The notes under the pieces: generated by a model
The model's input: the letters and a program-made list of their open reading frames with translations, nothing else
Database searches by the model: none
What the model was told of the DNA's origin: nothing
Assembly (NCBI GenBank): GCA_963823335.1
Contig: CAWGLD010000001.1
Location: 832,001 to 896,000 of the forward strand
DNA: 64,000 nucleotides
Direction of reading: 5' to 3'
From: an uncultured delta proteobacterium
GTDB taxonomy: Bacteria; Desulfobacterota; Desulfobacteria; Desulfobacterales; B30-G6
Made by a program: the position numbers and the translations under genes
Shown: one piece after another, positions 49,001 through 62,473 of the stretch
Layout of the letters: the number at the start of each line of letters is the position of its first letter
How positions within the stretch are numbered: position 1 is the first letter of the stretch

Positions 49001-49374
49001 AAATTTCCTCTTCTTGGTCCCTTATGTTCAATACTTGTACATTCGGTGGCGAAAAACAGGATCCTCAAAACCGGCATCATCGCGGTTTTGTCGATGGGCT
49101 GCACCAGCAGCAGAAAAAATTTGGCGGCCATGACCAGAAGACAGGCTTCCTCCATGTTCAAACTTTGTATCGTCCAGGCGCCTGGTCAGGCCGAATTTGG
49201 TAGACACCCTTCCGATCATGACTCATACAAAGATAAAGTGTTTATTTTAACCTTTCGAGTTTTAGCTGTCAATCATAAACAGACGCTTCCCGGTATTGCC
49301 GTGTTGCTTTGGGCCTGATGAGAAGAATTGAAATTGGATCTTGTAATACGCTTAAGAGCGTCAAGGGATGTTGG

Positions 49375-50253
49375 TTAAGCCTTGAGTCGGTTCAACGCCA
49401 CCACGCTGCCAAAGATCAAAAGACCGCCGACCCAGAACCTCAGCGTTACGGGATCCCCAAGGAAGACAATGCCCACGATACCGGTAAAGATGACCTCGCT
49501 GGACATGAACACGCCGCCCTCCCACCCTTTGCAGTAGAAAAAGCCCTGGTTCATGAGGAGCTGGGCCGTCAGGGATGTAAAGATGATACCCAGAACCATG
49601 ACCCACTCCAACGGAGTGCCGGGCAGCATCGGCGTCATGATGAATTTGGGCGCGGTGACCAGGGTGCCCATGGTGCAGAAGTAGAGGTAGATGATGACCG
49701 GTCCGTTTTTTTCCCGCAGGCTGCGGATCAGTGTTACGGTGAGACCTGCGAACACCGCACCAAACAAGGCCATGGCCTGCCCAAAAAAAGTTCCGCCAAG
49801 TCTGAAATCGAACAGCGCGCCCACGCCCACAAGCACCAGGACAATACAGGCGATCTCAAGCTTACCGATTTTTTCACCATAGATCCGGTAGGAAAAAATC
49901 GCTGAAAACGCCGGAAACGAGTAAAAAATAACCAGCGCCGTGGACAATGGTAGCAGTTTGAGAGCGGTGATAAGGGAGATGAAAGCCACGGAACCCACGC
50001 ACCCCCGGATAATCAATAGTCGTGTATTGTTCCCAAGAAAGGGGTTGTGGTGACGACCGAAAATAAGGATAATCATGACCAGGCCCCCGAAAAAACGGAA
50101 AAACCCGATGTGCCAGACGGTGAACACCGGATTCAGGGTCTTGACGATCAGATTGAGCAGGGTGAACAAAAGCGCAGCCGACAGCATGAACAGCGGTCCT
50201 GCAAGGGCCGCGTCCATCTGAACCAGACCCCCTTTCTTTTTGGGTGTATCCAT
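49375..50253 (-). CDS. DMT/EamA-family transporter
   Basis: About 10 TM segments, FFRF, RG..G, P.F..I duplicated EamA pattern. Confidence 0.88.
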   Translation of the reverse strand: MDTPKKKGGLVQMDAALAGPLFMLSAALLFTLLNLIVKTLNPVFTVWHIGFFRFFGGLVMIILIFGRHHNPFLGNNTRLLIIRGCVGSVAFISLITALKLLPLSTALVIFYSFPAFSAIFSYRIYGEKIGKLEIACIVLVLVGVGALFDFRLGGTFFGQAMALFGAVFAGLTVTLIRSLREKNGPVIIYLYFCTMGTLVTAPKFIMTPMLPGTPLEWVMVLGIIFTSLTAQLLMNQGFFYCKGWEGGVFMSSEVIFTGIVGIVFLGDPVTLRFWVGGLLIFGSVVALNRLKA

Positions 50254-50536
50254 TTCAACTCCTTAATATTATTAAATTTTTTACAAGTTGTCATAAATAG
50301 GATTCTGACCACGGGATCTGTCAAAAACATATAATAGTTAAAAGGAAATATTCTTAATAAGTCCTTGAAACTTGACACGTCAACCAGTATTTAACAAACG
50401 TCCAAATTATCGGTTCTCTATTACAATACAATACCATTTCCACAAGATAGTTATTCTACCGGTCTACGGGGCCGGGCCAGGCTAACCAACAGTATTTAAA
50501 GAATATTTAATCAAAAACAATCCTTATATCAACTCG

Positions 50537-51322
50537 ATGAAAAGTAAAAATGAGTATCTTATAGTTGACGGAAAACGGCATGAAGCCGTCTGGCACGGCC
50601 CTTCCCCGGATGAAGCGACGACCCTCGTCTTCTTGCATGAAGGACTGGGTTGTGTTTCCATGTGGCGTGATTTTCCGGAGCGGCTGGCTGGCGCTACGGG
50701 ATGCAGTGCTTTGGTGTATAGCAGAACAGGCTACGGTCGTTCCGATCCCTGTGCCCTGCCCCGGTCAATTCATTTTATGCATGACGAAGGGCAGAAAGTT
50801 CTTCCCGAATTATTAAAATCGGCAGGTATTCGAAAATGCATTCTGGTCGGGCATTCAGATGGTGGATCAATCGCTATCATTTATGCAGGGAGCATGGCAA
50901 CGATACCCATACTTGGTTTAATCACTGAATCCACACATGTGTTTTGCGAGAAGAAAACAGTAGACGCCATTCGCAAAACCGGTGAGCTGTTCAACAAGGG
51001 AGACCTTCGTCGAAAACTCAAGAAATACCATGGTAACAATGTCGACTGTGCTTTTTGGGGGTGGAACGGTGCGTGGCTTCATCCCGATTTCAGACATTGG
51101 AATCTGGAGGAGTATGTGCCCGGAATCAAGGTTCCAATGCTCGTTATTCAGGGGGAAAATGACGAATATGGTACTCCCGCTCAAGTAGAATCGATCGCCC
51201 GTCTTTCCGGCGCCGGGGCAGAGGTATTGATGCTTTCAAATTGCGGGCATAATCCACATAAGGAACAGGATGCCGTGGTGTTTCAAGCAATGAAGAAGTT
51301 TATCTGCCGAATAAATGACTAA
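50537..51322 (+). CDS. Alpha/beta hydrolase
   Basis: FLHEGLG, GHSDGG nucleophile elbow, QG..DEYG, GH.PH. Confidence 0.9.
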   Translation: MKSKNEYLIVDGKRHEAVWHGPSPDEATTLVFLHEGLGCVSMWRDFPERLAGATGCSALVYSRTGYGRSDPCALPRSIHFMHDEGQKVLPELLKSAGIRKCILVGHSDGGSIAIIYAGSMATIPILGLITESTHVFCEKKTVDAIRKTGELFNKGDLRRKLKKYHGNNVDCAFWGWNGAWLHPDFRHWNLEEYVPGIKVPMLVIQGENDEYGTPAQVESIARLSGAGAEVLMLSNCGHNPHKEQDAVVFQAMKKFICRIND

Positions 51323-51376
51323 CCTATTAACAACTCTTTTGCTTGCTGTATGGGAAAAGGGGGGACGCTCATTAAT

Positions 51377-51646
51377 TTATAAGCTTCCCGACCGGATGCG
51401 ACCTAGAGCTGCTTCGATGGGTTGCGGGTCGATTTGCCGCATGAGGGCACCGATATGCCTGATCTGCCTGCGTCGGGCACCATGGCTCTTTATTGTACGT
51501 GCAAATTCGATAGCCTCTATAAGTTCATCCGGTAGATCCACCATCTCAAGCTGGCCGGGATTCAAGGATACCAGCTGTTCCCCCAAGCGCTGCAGGGCTT
51601 GATCTTCTTTTTTTTTCTGGGTTCTGCTTTTATACTCCGTCTCCAT
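51377..51646 (-). CDS. yjgA: Ribosome biogenesis factor YjgA/DarP (short, N-terminal part only)
   Basis: KSRTQKK.E..LQ.LGE.L, ARRRQ...IG.LMR; 89 aa. Confidence 0.8.
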   Translation of the reverse strand: METEYKSRTQKKKEDQALQRLGEQLVSLNPGQLEMVDLPDELIEAIEFARTIKSHGARRRQIRHIGALMRQIDPQPIEAALGRIRSGSL

Positions 51647-51898
51647 AACAGCTACGCTTTTCCTTTGGTGATGCATCGAGTTTATGCCCATGCAGGAAAG
51701 GCTTTTCCCACAATTCAGTTGATTTTACACCAAAACTCTTGCACTAATATTATCCCAAGAACAACATTACTACTGCAAACAGGTTCAAATGATCAAGCAT
51801 TCTTTCACTTGCTCTCTCCAGCTCGGATTGAACTGAACCTAATGAAACAGGATACCAGCGGATAGGGTTGCAAACCCTGTAAGAAAAGGCATCAAGCC

Positions 51899-53041
51899 GT
51901 GACATATCAGTATCAGAAGGACAACCAATATTTTGCCCAGGTAGCCGACGGCTTGAAAGAAGCCGGCGTAGAGGAACTGGCTGATCTCGGCGCAGAAGAT
52001 GTCCGGCCGGACTATAGTGGCATTCATTTCAAGGCCAAGAAATCCACCCTGTATCGAATCAATTATCTTACCAGGCTTCTTTCACGCTGCCTCGCGCCGT
52101 TGATAACCTATGACTGTCCTGATACGGACATGCTGTATCAGAAGGCCAAACAGATCGCGTGGGAAGATTTTTTTTCGCAAGGCAATACCTTTGCCATATC
52201 GGGGTCTGTTTCGGACAGTGAAATTTCACATTCAAAATTCGCTGCCCTACGCCTGAAAGATGCCATAGCCGATTATTTTAAAGAAAAAACAGGTCAGCGT
52301 CCGGATGTGTCGGTAAGAAATCCAGACGTCTTGCTGAACCTTCATATCAGGAAAGATAGGGCCGTCATAAGTCTGGACACGTCAGGCGGCGCACTTCACC
52401 GGCGAGGATACCGGGAAGAGGTTGTTTCGGCACCCATGCAGGAAACCCTTGCGGCTGCGATTATCCGATTCAGCAAATGGAGCGGTTCTGCTCCTCTCTA
52501 CGATCCCTTGTGTGGCTCGGGAACGCTTCTGTGTGAAGCGCTCATGCAATATTGCCACATCCCCGCAGGTATTTTCAGACAGCACTTCGGTTTTGAATCC
52601 CTGCCCGACTTTGATGGGTCCGTCTGGAATCAGGTTAAAAAGGAGGCCGACGAACAGATCCGGGAACTACCCAAAAAACTGCTTGCAGGCAGTGATGTGT
52701 CCCTGGACGCTGTCAGAGCCGCACGGACAAACCTGATGGGCCTCCATTTCGGGAACAGGGTGACCATTGAACGGCTAGACTTCCAAAAACTGCCGGCCTT
52801 TAAAGAGCACGTCATTGTAGCCAATCCACCCTACGGCATCCGGATGGGTGGAGACCGGAACCTTGACCTGTTTTACAAAAATTTCGGCGATTTTCTGAAA
52901 CAGAAATGCAAGGGCTCCACCGCTTTTGTCTTTTTCGGAGATCGGAAATATATCAAAAAAATCGGGTTGAAAGCATCCTGGAAACAGCCGATCAAGGCCG
53001 GCGGGCTTGACGGAAGACTGGTCAAATATGAGATGTACTGA
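51899..53041 (+). CDS. THUMP-domain RNA methyltransferase (RlmL-like)
   Basis: SLDTSG..LHRRGYR, AP..ETLAAA, DPLCGSGT, NPPYG.R. Confidence 0.9.
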   Translation: MTYQYQKDNQYFAQVADGLKEAGVEELADLGAEDVRPDYSGIHFKAKKSTLYRINYLTRLLSRCLAPLITYDCPDTDMLYQKAKQIAWEDFFSQGNTFAISGSVSDSEISHSKFAALRLKDAIADYFKEKTGQRPDVSVRNPDVLLNLHIRKDRAVISLDTSGGALHRRGYREEVVSAPMQETLAAAIIRFSKWSGSAPLYDPLCGSGTLLCEALMQYCHIPAGIFRQHFGFESLPDFDGSVWNQVKKEADEQIRELPKKLLAGSDVSLDAVRAARTNLMGLHFGNRVTIERLDFQKLPAFKEHVIVANPPYGIRMGGDRNLDLFYKNFGDFLKQKCKGSTAFVFFGDRKYIKKIGLKASWKQPIKAGGLDGRLVKYEMY

Positions 53042-53053
53042 AAAGGAAAAGAT

Positions 53054-53995
53054 ATGCTCAAACAGGTTCAGGCAGCAAAAAAAAGATTGAAAGGCTATGC
53101 CCATGTAACACCCGTCATGACGTCCCGGACGCTAAACCGGTTGGTCAAGGCAGAGGTGTTTTTCAAATGCGAGAATTTTCAGCGGATCGGTGCATTCAAA
53201 TTTCGCGGCGCATTCAACAGTATCAGCCAGCTTTCCGAAGCGGAAAAAGCACGCGGTGTCCTTACCTATTCTTCAGGAAATCACGCCCAGGCGGTCGCGT
53301 TGGTGGGTCAAATGATGAATATCCAAACAACCATCGTCATGCCGGACAACGCACCTGCAACCAAGCGGGCCGCTACAAAAGATTACGGTGCAACCATCGT
53401 GATATACGATCCTGAAAAAGAATCCCGAGAGGATCTTGCCAAAGAGCTAGAAGAACAAAACGGATTTACCATGATCCCTCCGTATGACCACACGCAGGTC
53501 ATCGCCGGTCAGGGGACTGCCGCTTTGGAACTGTTTGAAGAGGTCGGTCCTCTCGACATGCTGCTGGTCCCATGTGGCGGCGGCGGATTGTTGAGCGGTT
53601 CCGCTATTGCCGCCAAAGGCATGTCACCGGACTGCAGCGTCATGGGCATCGAACCGGAACTTGCAGACGACGCCACCAAATCTTTTCACACAAAAAAACT
53701 TCACCGGGTTAACAACCCCCCCACCATTGCTGACGGAACCCGTACCCCTTCATTGGGAAAACTTACTTTCCCGCTGGTGCTTGAGTATGTGGACGATATG
53801 AAAACAGTTTCAGAAAAAGCTATTGTCGATGCGGTTAAATTTTTGTTTTACCGAATGAAACTGGTAGTTGAACCATCAGGCGCCCTCGGGCTGGCAGCCC
53901 TGCTGAGTCTGTCTGTGATACCAAACGGCCGGGTGGGGGTCATCTTAAGCGGCGGCAACATAGATGCCGACACAATGATAACCATTTTAAAATGA
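53054..53995 (+). CDS. PLP-dependent Ser/Thr dehydratase family (threo-3-hydroxyaspartate ammonia-lyase-like)
   Basis: KCENFQRIGAFKFRGA, SSGNHAQ, GQGT, GGGGL, VEPSGA, SGGN. Confidence 0.88.
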   Translation: MLKQVQAAKKRLKGYAHVTPVMTSRTLNRLVKAEVFFKCENFQRIGAFKFRGAFNSISQLSEAEKARGVLTYSSGNHAQAVALVGQMMNIQTTIVMPDNAPATKRAATKDYGATIVIYDPEKESREDLAKELEEQNGFTMIPPYDHTQVIAGQGTAALELFEEVGPLDMLLVPCGGGGLLSGSAIAAKGMSPDCSVMGIEPELADDATKSFHTKKLHRVNNPPTIADGTRTPSLGKLTFPLVLEYVDDMKTVSEKAIVDAVKFLFYRMKLVVEPSGALGLAALLSLSVIPNGRVGVILSGGNIDADTMITILK

Positions 53996-54900
53996 CGATT
54001 ACCGCCATCATTCTCCTTCTGATATCCGCTTTTCTTCACGCCGGATGGAATTTCATCGGCAAACGAAACGCTCCGGAAATATCGGCATTTCTTGTTGCCA
54101 ACGTTGTGGGCGTACTCTGCCTGGCACCATTTCCCGTGTTATACCCTGAGGTGATCGGCTCATTTTCGACAAAGTCCTGGGTCTTTGTGATCGGGGCCGG
54201 TTTCTGCCAGGCCATATACTACATCTCTCTTGCCGGGGCCTATCGCAGCGGAGACATGTCCATCGCCTATCCCATTGCCCGGTCTTCGCCGGTAATTGTC
54301 GTAACGGTGGTCAGCTTGCTTATCGGCAGGGGCGATCAGGTAAGTCTGCAATGCATTGCCGGCATCGCCCTGGTGGTGGGGGGCGGCTTTTTTCTTCCCA
54401 TGCGAAGATTTAATGATTTTCGTTTGGAAAACTATCTCAATCTTTCCTGTCTGTTAGCCCTGGCGGCTGCATTTGCAACCACCGGATATTCTCTTTTCGA
54501 CGACGAAGCGCTTCGGCTTCTCAGACAAACACCACCGGCTTCGCTGGCTGTCTGGCAGATAACGGCCGTGTATGCCTTTTTTGAAGCTCTGACAACATTG
54601 ATGTGGCTGGGGTTCATTTTTTTCTGTCACAAACGCCAGCGAACCCTTTTTCCCTCGCAAATCTATAAACATTTCGGTTACGGCACGGTAATGGGACTGG
54701 CTATTTATCTGACGTATACACTGGTACTGATCAGTATGGGATTCGTTCAGAATGTCAGTTATGTCGTGGCCTTCCGCCAGATCAGTATCCCCATGGGGGT
54801 CCTGATGGGTGTTCTGCTCCTGAAAGAATCTGGCCACCGGCCAAAATTCGTGGGCGTTATTATCATGTTTACGGGACTTGTCCTTGTGGGCACGGGATGA
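53992..54900 (+). CDS. EamA-family transporter
   Basis: SA.LHA.WN, AY..GD.S.AYPIAR, YSL.D, SYVVAFRQ.S. Confidence 0.88.
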   Translation: MTITAIILLLISAFLHAGWNFIGKRNAPEISAFLVANVVGVLCLAPFPVLYPEVIGSFSTKSWVFVIGAGFCQAIYYISLAGAYRSGDMSIAYPIARSSPVIVVTVVSLLIGRGDQVSLQCIAGIALVVGGGFFLPMRRFNDFRLENYLNLSCLLALAAAFATTGYSLFDDEALRLLRQTPPASLAVWQITAVYAFFEALTTLMWLGFIFFCHKRQRTLFPSQIYKHFGYGTVMGLAIYLTYTLVLISMGFVQNVSYVVAFRQISIPMGVLMGVLLLKESGHRPKFVGVIIMFTGLVLVGTG

Positions 54901-55060
54901 TTGACCTGTGCATGATTCTCCAGCTCGGATGATTTATGCACCTGAAATGACGTCACGTCTTGAAGAATGAACCAGAGCTTGATATCTAAAATGAGCATCA
55001 TCCGTTTCTGGAAGGCTTTTTCCTTAATTTATCAGAACGGCAAGCAAAACGGAAATTTTT

Positions 55061-55849
55061 ATGAATCATACAATAGAACTGCTATCAGCCCGTAAATCAG
55101 TTCGTGCATACAAGCAAAAAGAAATCAACAAGAAGGTCAAGGATGCGATTTTTGCCGCGACGCTGCGGGCCCCCACGGCAGGAAATATGATGCTCTACTC
55201 CATTATAGAGGTTACGGATCAGGACATAAAAGACCAATTGGTAAAAACCTGTGACAATCAGCCGTTTATCGCCAAAGCCCCATTTGTTTTGCTTTTCCTG
55301 GCGGACTACCAGCGCTGGTTTGATTATTTCCTCCTGTCAGGCGTGCAACAACTTTGCGAGCAAAAGGGAACTGCCATGCGAAAACCAAAAGAGGGGGATC
55401 TTTTTCTGGCCTGCTGCGATGCCCTCATTGCTGCACAAACAGCTGTCATCGCTGCGGAATCATTGGGAATCGGTTCCTGCTACATTGGCGATATCATGGA
55501 AAACTACGAAACGCACAAGACGCTATTTGAACTGCCAGAGTATGTGTTTCCCATAACCATGGTCTGTTTCGGATACCCCACCCGGCAGCAAAGGGATAGG
55601 GCATTGACCCAACGATTTGATAAAAAATACATCATCTTTGAGAACCACTACAGACGATTTGAAAAAGAGGCCTTTAACGAAATGGTTTGCAAACGCCAGA
55701 CCCAGATGTTTGGCACCCGTGAAGAGATAAAAGGTGCCCGGAATGTTGGACAGATGATGTATCAACGGAAATTCGACGCAGATTTTGCTCATGAAATGAA
55801 CCGTTCGGTACAAGCCATGCTGCAGGCCTGGGTGAAAGAGAAGCCATGA
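55061..55849 (+). CDS. Nitroreductase (NfsA-like)
   Basis: RKSVRAY, APTAGN, QPFI..AP, AAESLGIGSCYIG, GYP. Confidence 0.9.
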   Translation: MNHTIELLSARKSVRAYKQKEINKKVKDAIFAATLRAPTAGNMMLYSIIEVTDQDIKDQLVKTCDNQPFIAKAPFVLLFLADYQRWFDYFLLSGVQQLCEQKGTAMRKPKEGDLFLACCDALIAAQTAVIAAESLGIGSCYIGDIMENYETHKTLFELPEYVFPITMVCFGYPTRQQRDRALTQRFDKKYIIFENHYRRFEKEAFNEMVCKRQTQMFGTREEIKGARNVGQMMYQRKFDADFAHEMNRSVQAMLQAWVKEKP

Positions 55850-55885
55850 AAACAATCAGTTAAACAGAATAAGGAGACACCCGTC

Positions 55886-56416
55886 GTGCGGTCAGTTCAA
55901 CATATCTCTCAAAAAGAAATCATTGACCTCCTGGGTAAGTGCTGGATGACACATGACGGCATGTGGTTTTTTCATTGCTTGCAGGAATTTGGCATTACGG
56001 CAACCAATAAAATCAACAAATCCGCTATTCAATCATTGGCTTCAATCGAAATAAAACGTATCATGCATATTCTGGAAATTGAAAAAAATATTGAAAATTT
56101 CGACGAATTCAAGTTGTTTTTCACGCAAGCTTCCAAATTGATGGTCCCTGATTTTATGAATGTTTCATTCAGTTTTCCTGAACAAAACAGAATGACCTGG
56201 ACATTTCGTCAGGGAAAATGCTTTGCCTATGAAGGCATTAAAAGACTGGGCGCCATTGACACATATGAGTGCGGTGTCCTGTTCAGAATCAAATGCTGGT
56301 TGGAAGCTCTTGAAATTGACAGCAGATTTGACCCCGAGATCGACAAGTGCAACATGCATTTCACTGGGAAATGCTCTGGGAAAATCTGTTTGTTTGAAGC
56401 AAATTGCGGTTCATAA
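55886..56416 (+). CDS. DUF6125-like protein
   Basis: KCW.THDG.WF motif, conserved-looking Cys residues; GTG start after AGGAG. Confidence 0.6.
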   Translation: MRSVQHISQKEIIDLLGKCWMTHDGMWFFHCLQEFGITATNKINKSAIQSLASIEIKRIMHILEIEKNIENFDEFKLFFTQASKLMVPDFMNVSFSFPEQNRMTWTFRQGKCFAYEGIKRLGAIDTYECGVLFRIKCWLEALEIDSRFDPEIDKCNMHFTGKCSGKICLFEANCGS

Positions 56417-56436
56417 ACGATACGAAAGGAGGCGAC

Positions 56437-56985
56437 ATGTACTTCGAAAAACCTGGACGCGACAACACAGACAAAACCATCGAACTGGCTTATGCCCGGG
56501 CCAAGACCCTGGGCATCGATGAGGTGGTGGTGGCCTCTTCAAAAGGGTACACGGCTCACAAGGTGCTTGATGTATTTAAAGGCTTCAAAGTGGTGGTGGT
56601 CACCTACCACAACGGATTTAAAGAACCTTTTAAATCTGTCATGCCGGCATCGGTTCGCATGGATCTGGAGAAAAGCGGTGCCACCGTGATATCTGCCACC
56701 CATGCGCTCTCAGGGGTGGAGCGTTCTCTTTTCAATAAATATTCCGGTGCTTACCCGGTTCTAATTATCGCAGACACCCTTCGATTGTTCGGCCAGGGAA
56801 TCAAAGTGGCGGTGGAGGTTGCCATCATGGCCACCGATGGGGGTGCCCTTTCCGGAAAAGACATCGTCTCCATCGGCGGCACCGGAAAAGGCGCGGATGC
56901 TGCACTTATCTTGAAACCGGCCAATCAGTCGCATCTTTTTGAAATGCGCGTCCGGGAGGTGGTTTGTAAACCGAGTGCGTTTTAA
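56437..56985 (+). CDS. Pyruvate kinase C-terminal-like domain protein (MTH1675-like)
   Basis: YFEKPG..NT, VVASS.G.TA, HALSG.ER, TLR.FGQG.KV..E, ICKP-like end (VCKP). Confidence 0.8.
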   Translation: MYFEKPGRDNTDKTIELAYARAKTLGIDEVVVASSKGYTAHKVLDVFKGFKVVVVTYHNGFKEPFKSVMPASVRMDLEKSGATVISATHALSGVERSLFNKYSGAYPVLIIADTLRLFGQGIKVAVEVAIMATDGGALSGKDIVSIGGTGKGADAALILKPANQSHLFEMRVREVVCKPSAF

Positions 56986-57018
56986 TGTTGGGTCCTGATA
57001 CTTCGTTGTAATAACATT

Positions 57019-57131
57019 CGTCACCATCGCGCAGGCACGTCCCAATTGACAACCCTGGATTCTCGCCTGTGCGGCGGGGTAACAATACGTCATCCCGGCC
57101 CAGTTTCACAAAAGTGGGACGCAAGCCGGGA
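57019..57131. repeat. Degenerate REP-like palindromes (GTCATTCCCGC-type)
   Basis: CGTCA..CGCGCAGGC / CTGGATTCTCGCCTGTGCG and CGTCATCCCGGC..AAGCCGGGA. Confidence 0.45.
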
Positions 57132-57174
57132 GAGTGATTTTAAAATTCTGCCCCTTCTGAGGAGAACCGGCTCA

Positions 57175-57705
57175 TTGATAAAGACAGTTTTCCCAACCCC
57201 GCAAAACACGCCTCTCGATCCGCCTTTTGACTGCCGGCGTCACGTGGTGCTGGTCTCACCCGACATCCACTGGAATACCGGCAACATCGGCCGAACCTGT
57301 CTCGGTACCGGAACGATGCTGCATCTCATCAAACCCCTTGGCTTTTCCTTGGATAGTCGATGGGTCAAACGGGCCGGTCTGGATTACTGGCAACATGTCG
57401 ATCTGAAAATCTGGCCTGATTTCCAGACCTTTATTAATACCATGGCCCCTGAAACAAATGAAATATTCCTTTTCAGCAAAAGCGGTGCAATACCCTTCTG
57501 GTCCATGCCGGTGATGAAAAGAATGTTTCTCGTGTTCGGCTCTGAAACCAAAGGACTTCCCCGGTCCATTCTCCACACCTATTCCAACGCTGTCTATCAT
57601 ATTCCCATCACAGGCCACATCCGTTCCCTGAACCTCTCTTCGGCCGTCGGCATCGTATTGTATGAAACCCTGCGCTCTTTTTGGGCCTACCAGCAAGACT
57701 GCTGA
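57175..57705 (+). CDS. trmL: tRNA (cytidine(34)-2'-O)-methyltransferase
   Basis: P.I..NTGNIGRTC, LHLIKPLGF, KRAGLDYW, FGSETKGL, RSLNLS; start uncertain. Confidence 0.9.
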   Translation: MIKTVFPTPQNTPLDPPFDCRRHVVLVSPDIHWNTGNIGRTCLGTGTMLHLIKPLGFSLDSRWVKRAGLDYWQHVDLKIWPDFQTFINTMAPETNEIFLFSKSGAIPFWSMPVMKRMFLVFGSETKGLPRSILHTYSNAVYHIPITGHIRSLNLSSAVGIVLYETLRSFWAYQQDC

Positions 57706-57771
57706 CCTGTTTCTCCGTACCCTTTTAATTCGATATATTTGATGAATTTTTGGAGGCAGGTCAGGAGCTGT

Positions 57772-57800
57772 TTGACATAAAATGGCACGTGCTTATATTA
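57772..57800 (+). promoter_or_regulatory. sigma70-like promoter upstream of clpB
   Basis: TTGACA at 57772 and TATATT 16 nt downstream. Confidence 0.45.
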
Positions 57801-57960
57801 TTCCTGTGAATTTGAGATCTTATACATATTATATCAAATAGTTAATTGATTTTTACCGCTTCTCAACAAGCCCTGGCAAATCCTGTTTGAGACTACTTAC
57901 CGGACTTTTTGAATAGCTAATTTTTTAAGACCCGGTACCCATTAAACTGTGGAGGAACAT

Positions 57961-60543
<2,583 letters not shown>

Positions 60544-60698
60544 CAATTCATCTCTTCAGCATAGGCTGTGAACTGGAACATATCTATAGCAATGATAATA
60601 AAATCGTTCCCCGATTTTATTATTGATATATTCAGCGACTCATCATACGGTTGCAGGACATCAAAAAATATAATCATTGCAATACGGTCAAAACATAT

Positions 60699-61703
60699 AT
60701 GCTTTTAACAACAAAAGATAAGGTCGACCAGTTCTACAAGCAATTCACCTCCGATGACCGGGTGCTCGTCCTGATCAATGCGGACCCGGATGCCATTGGA
60801 AGCGCCATGGCCGTCAAGCGTCTTTTGTGGCGAAAAGTGAACAACATCACCATTTCCAATATAAATATCATCGATCGACCGGATAACTGCGCCATGGTGG
60901 AGCTTCTGGGTGTCAATCTCACCTATATCAAGAATCTGGATGAAAAACGCTTTAATCGGATTGTCATGGTGGATTCGCAGCCATCCCACAATGTATTGTA
61001 TGAAAAATTCACCATCGATCTGATCATCGACCACCATCCCGATATGGGTAGCAAAACCGCTTTTCAGGATATTCGACCTAAATATGGCGCCACGGCCAGT
61101 ATCATGACGGAATATTTAAGAGCTGCAGGAATCAAACCCGCCACCAAACTCGCCACGGCCTTGCTGCTGGGTATTAAAAACGATACTGATAATTTTGAAC
61201 AGCACACACTGGTTGAAGACGTACGATCCTTTCAATACCTGTTCCGCAATGCCAATAAGCACCTGGTCAGGAAAATCGAACAATCCGAAATCAAACTGGA
61301 TTATTTGAAATTTTTCAAAAAGGCGCTTGATAACAGGCGTGTCCACAAAGGAAAGGTCTTTGCTTTCCTGGGACCGGTGCCCAATCCCGATATCTCTGTT
61401 CTCATTGCGGATTTCTTTTTAAGAATCAGCTCCATCAAATGGAGTATCGTGGCCGGATATCACCAGAAAAAACTGGTTATCATATTCAGAAGCGATGGTA
61501 TACGTAAGAATGCCGGGAAAATTGCAGAACAGGGATTCGCTGAATTCGGATCTGCCGGTGGGCGCAAAGCCATGGCACGGGCTGAAATCGACCTCTCCCG
61601 ACTGAGACCCCTCATCGATCATAAAGATGACAGCAAGGTCGTTCGCTGGATCATGAGCCAGCTCAAAACCAACAAGACAACCCCTTCCGACACAAAGAAA
61701 TGA
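60699..61703 (+). CDS. DHH family phosphoesterase
   Basis: ADPDAIGSA, MVD, IIDHH, DT, GSAGG. Confidence 0.85.
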   Translation: MLLTTKDKVDQFYKQFTSDDRVLVLINADPDAIGSAMAVKRLLWRKVNNITISNINIIDRPDNCAMVELLGVNLTYIKNLDEKRFNRIVMVDSQPSHNVLYEKFTIDLIIDHHPDMGSKTAFQDIRPKYGATASIMTEYLRAAGIKPATKLATALLLGIKNDTDNFEQHTLVEDVRSFQYLFRNANKHLVRKIEQSEIKLDYLKFFKKALDNRRVHKGKVFAFLGPVPNPDISVLIADFFLRISSIKWSIVAGYHQKKLVIIFRSDGIRKNAGKIAEQGFAEFGSAGGRKAMARAEIDLSRLRPLIDHKDDSKVVRWIMSQLKTNKTTPSDTKK

Positions 61704-62473
61704 AACCGGCATCTGTAACCATAATCGGTTCCGGCACATGTGTGCCGTCACTGAAGCGCAGTTCATGTGCCGTTCTCATGGAACTCGGTGAAACCAAACT
61801 TCTTTTTGATTCCGGGCCGGGCACCATGCATCGCCTTTTAAGCGCCGGCATCGAAATATTTGATATCGATTTTATTTTTTACAGCCATTTTCACCCGGAT
61901 CACACAGGCGAACTGGTGCCCTTGATCTTTGCCACCAAATATCCGGACGGCAGCAGACGGAACACATTGCTGACCATCGCTGGGGGCGACGGATTTCTCA
62001 ATTTTATCAATAAACTGAAAGCCGTGTACGGGGACTGGCTGGAACTGCCCAACGTCATGCTGCGCTTTCTCGAACTCGACAGCAACGGGCCGGACAGCCG
62101 ACATTTTTCCTCTTTTGCGGTGGAAACAATGCCCATGAATCACCAGGCAGAAAGTCTTGGATACCGCATCACCGATTCCAACGGCAAATCAATTGTCTAT
62201 TCAGGAGATACCGACACCACTGAAAACCTGGTTTCTCTTGCCACAGGGGCCGATCTTCTCATCTGCGAATCGGCAATGCCGGATACCTTGAAAGTCCCGG
62301 GGCACCTGACACCCTCCCTGGCCGGTGACATGGCAACACGTGCCAATGTAAAAAAACTGGTACTGACGCATTTGTACCCGGAATGCGACCGGTTCGATAT
62401 AGCGTCCCAGTGCCGTAAGACATACCAGGGGCCTCTTGTGATTGCGGAAGATTTATTGAAGATAGAGATTTGA
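61700..62473 (+). CDS. MBL-fold hydrolase (RNase Z-like)
   Basis: GSG, FDSGPG, SHFHPDH, YSGDT, GH, LTH. Confidence 0.85.
   Translation: MKPASVTIIGSGTCVPSLKRSSCAVLMELGETKLLFDSGPGTMHRLLSAGIEIFDIDFIFYSHFHPDHTGELVPLIFATKYPDGSRRNTLLTIAGGDGFLNFINKLKAVYGDWLELPNVMLRFLELDSNGPDSRHFSSFAVETMPMNHQAESLGYRITDSNGKSIVYSGDTDTTENLVSLATGADLLICESAMPDTLKVPGHLTPSLAGDMATRANVKKLVLTHLYPECDRFDIASQCRKTYQGPLVIAEDLLKIEI

Noticed and set aside
49028-49219. Possible transposase C-terminal remnant upstream of the LCIB-like gene
   Set aside because: Only a vague resemblance; no DDE motif or inverted repeats
51815-51828. 14-mer TCTCCAGCTCGGAT shared with about 54917-54930
   Set aside because: A single 14-nt match is expected by chance in 64 kb and does not extend
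57800-57900. CIRCE or HAIR operator before clpB
   Set aside because: No match to TTAGCACTC-N9-GAGTGCTAA or CTTGAGT-N7-ACTCAAG
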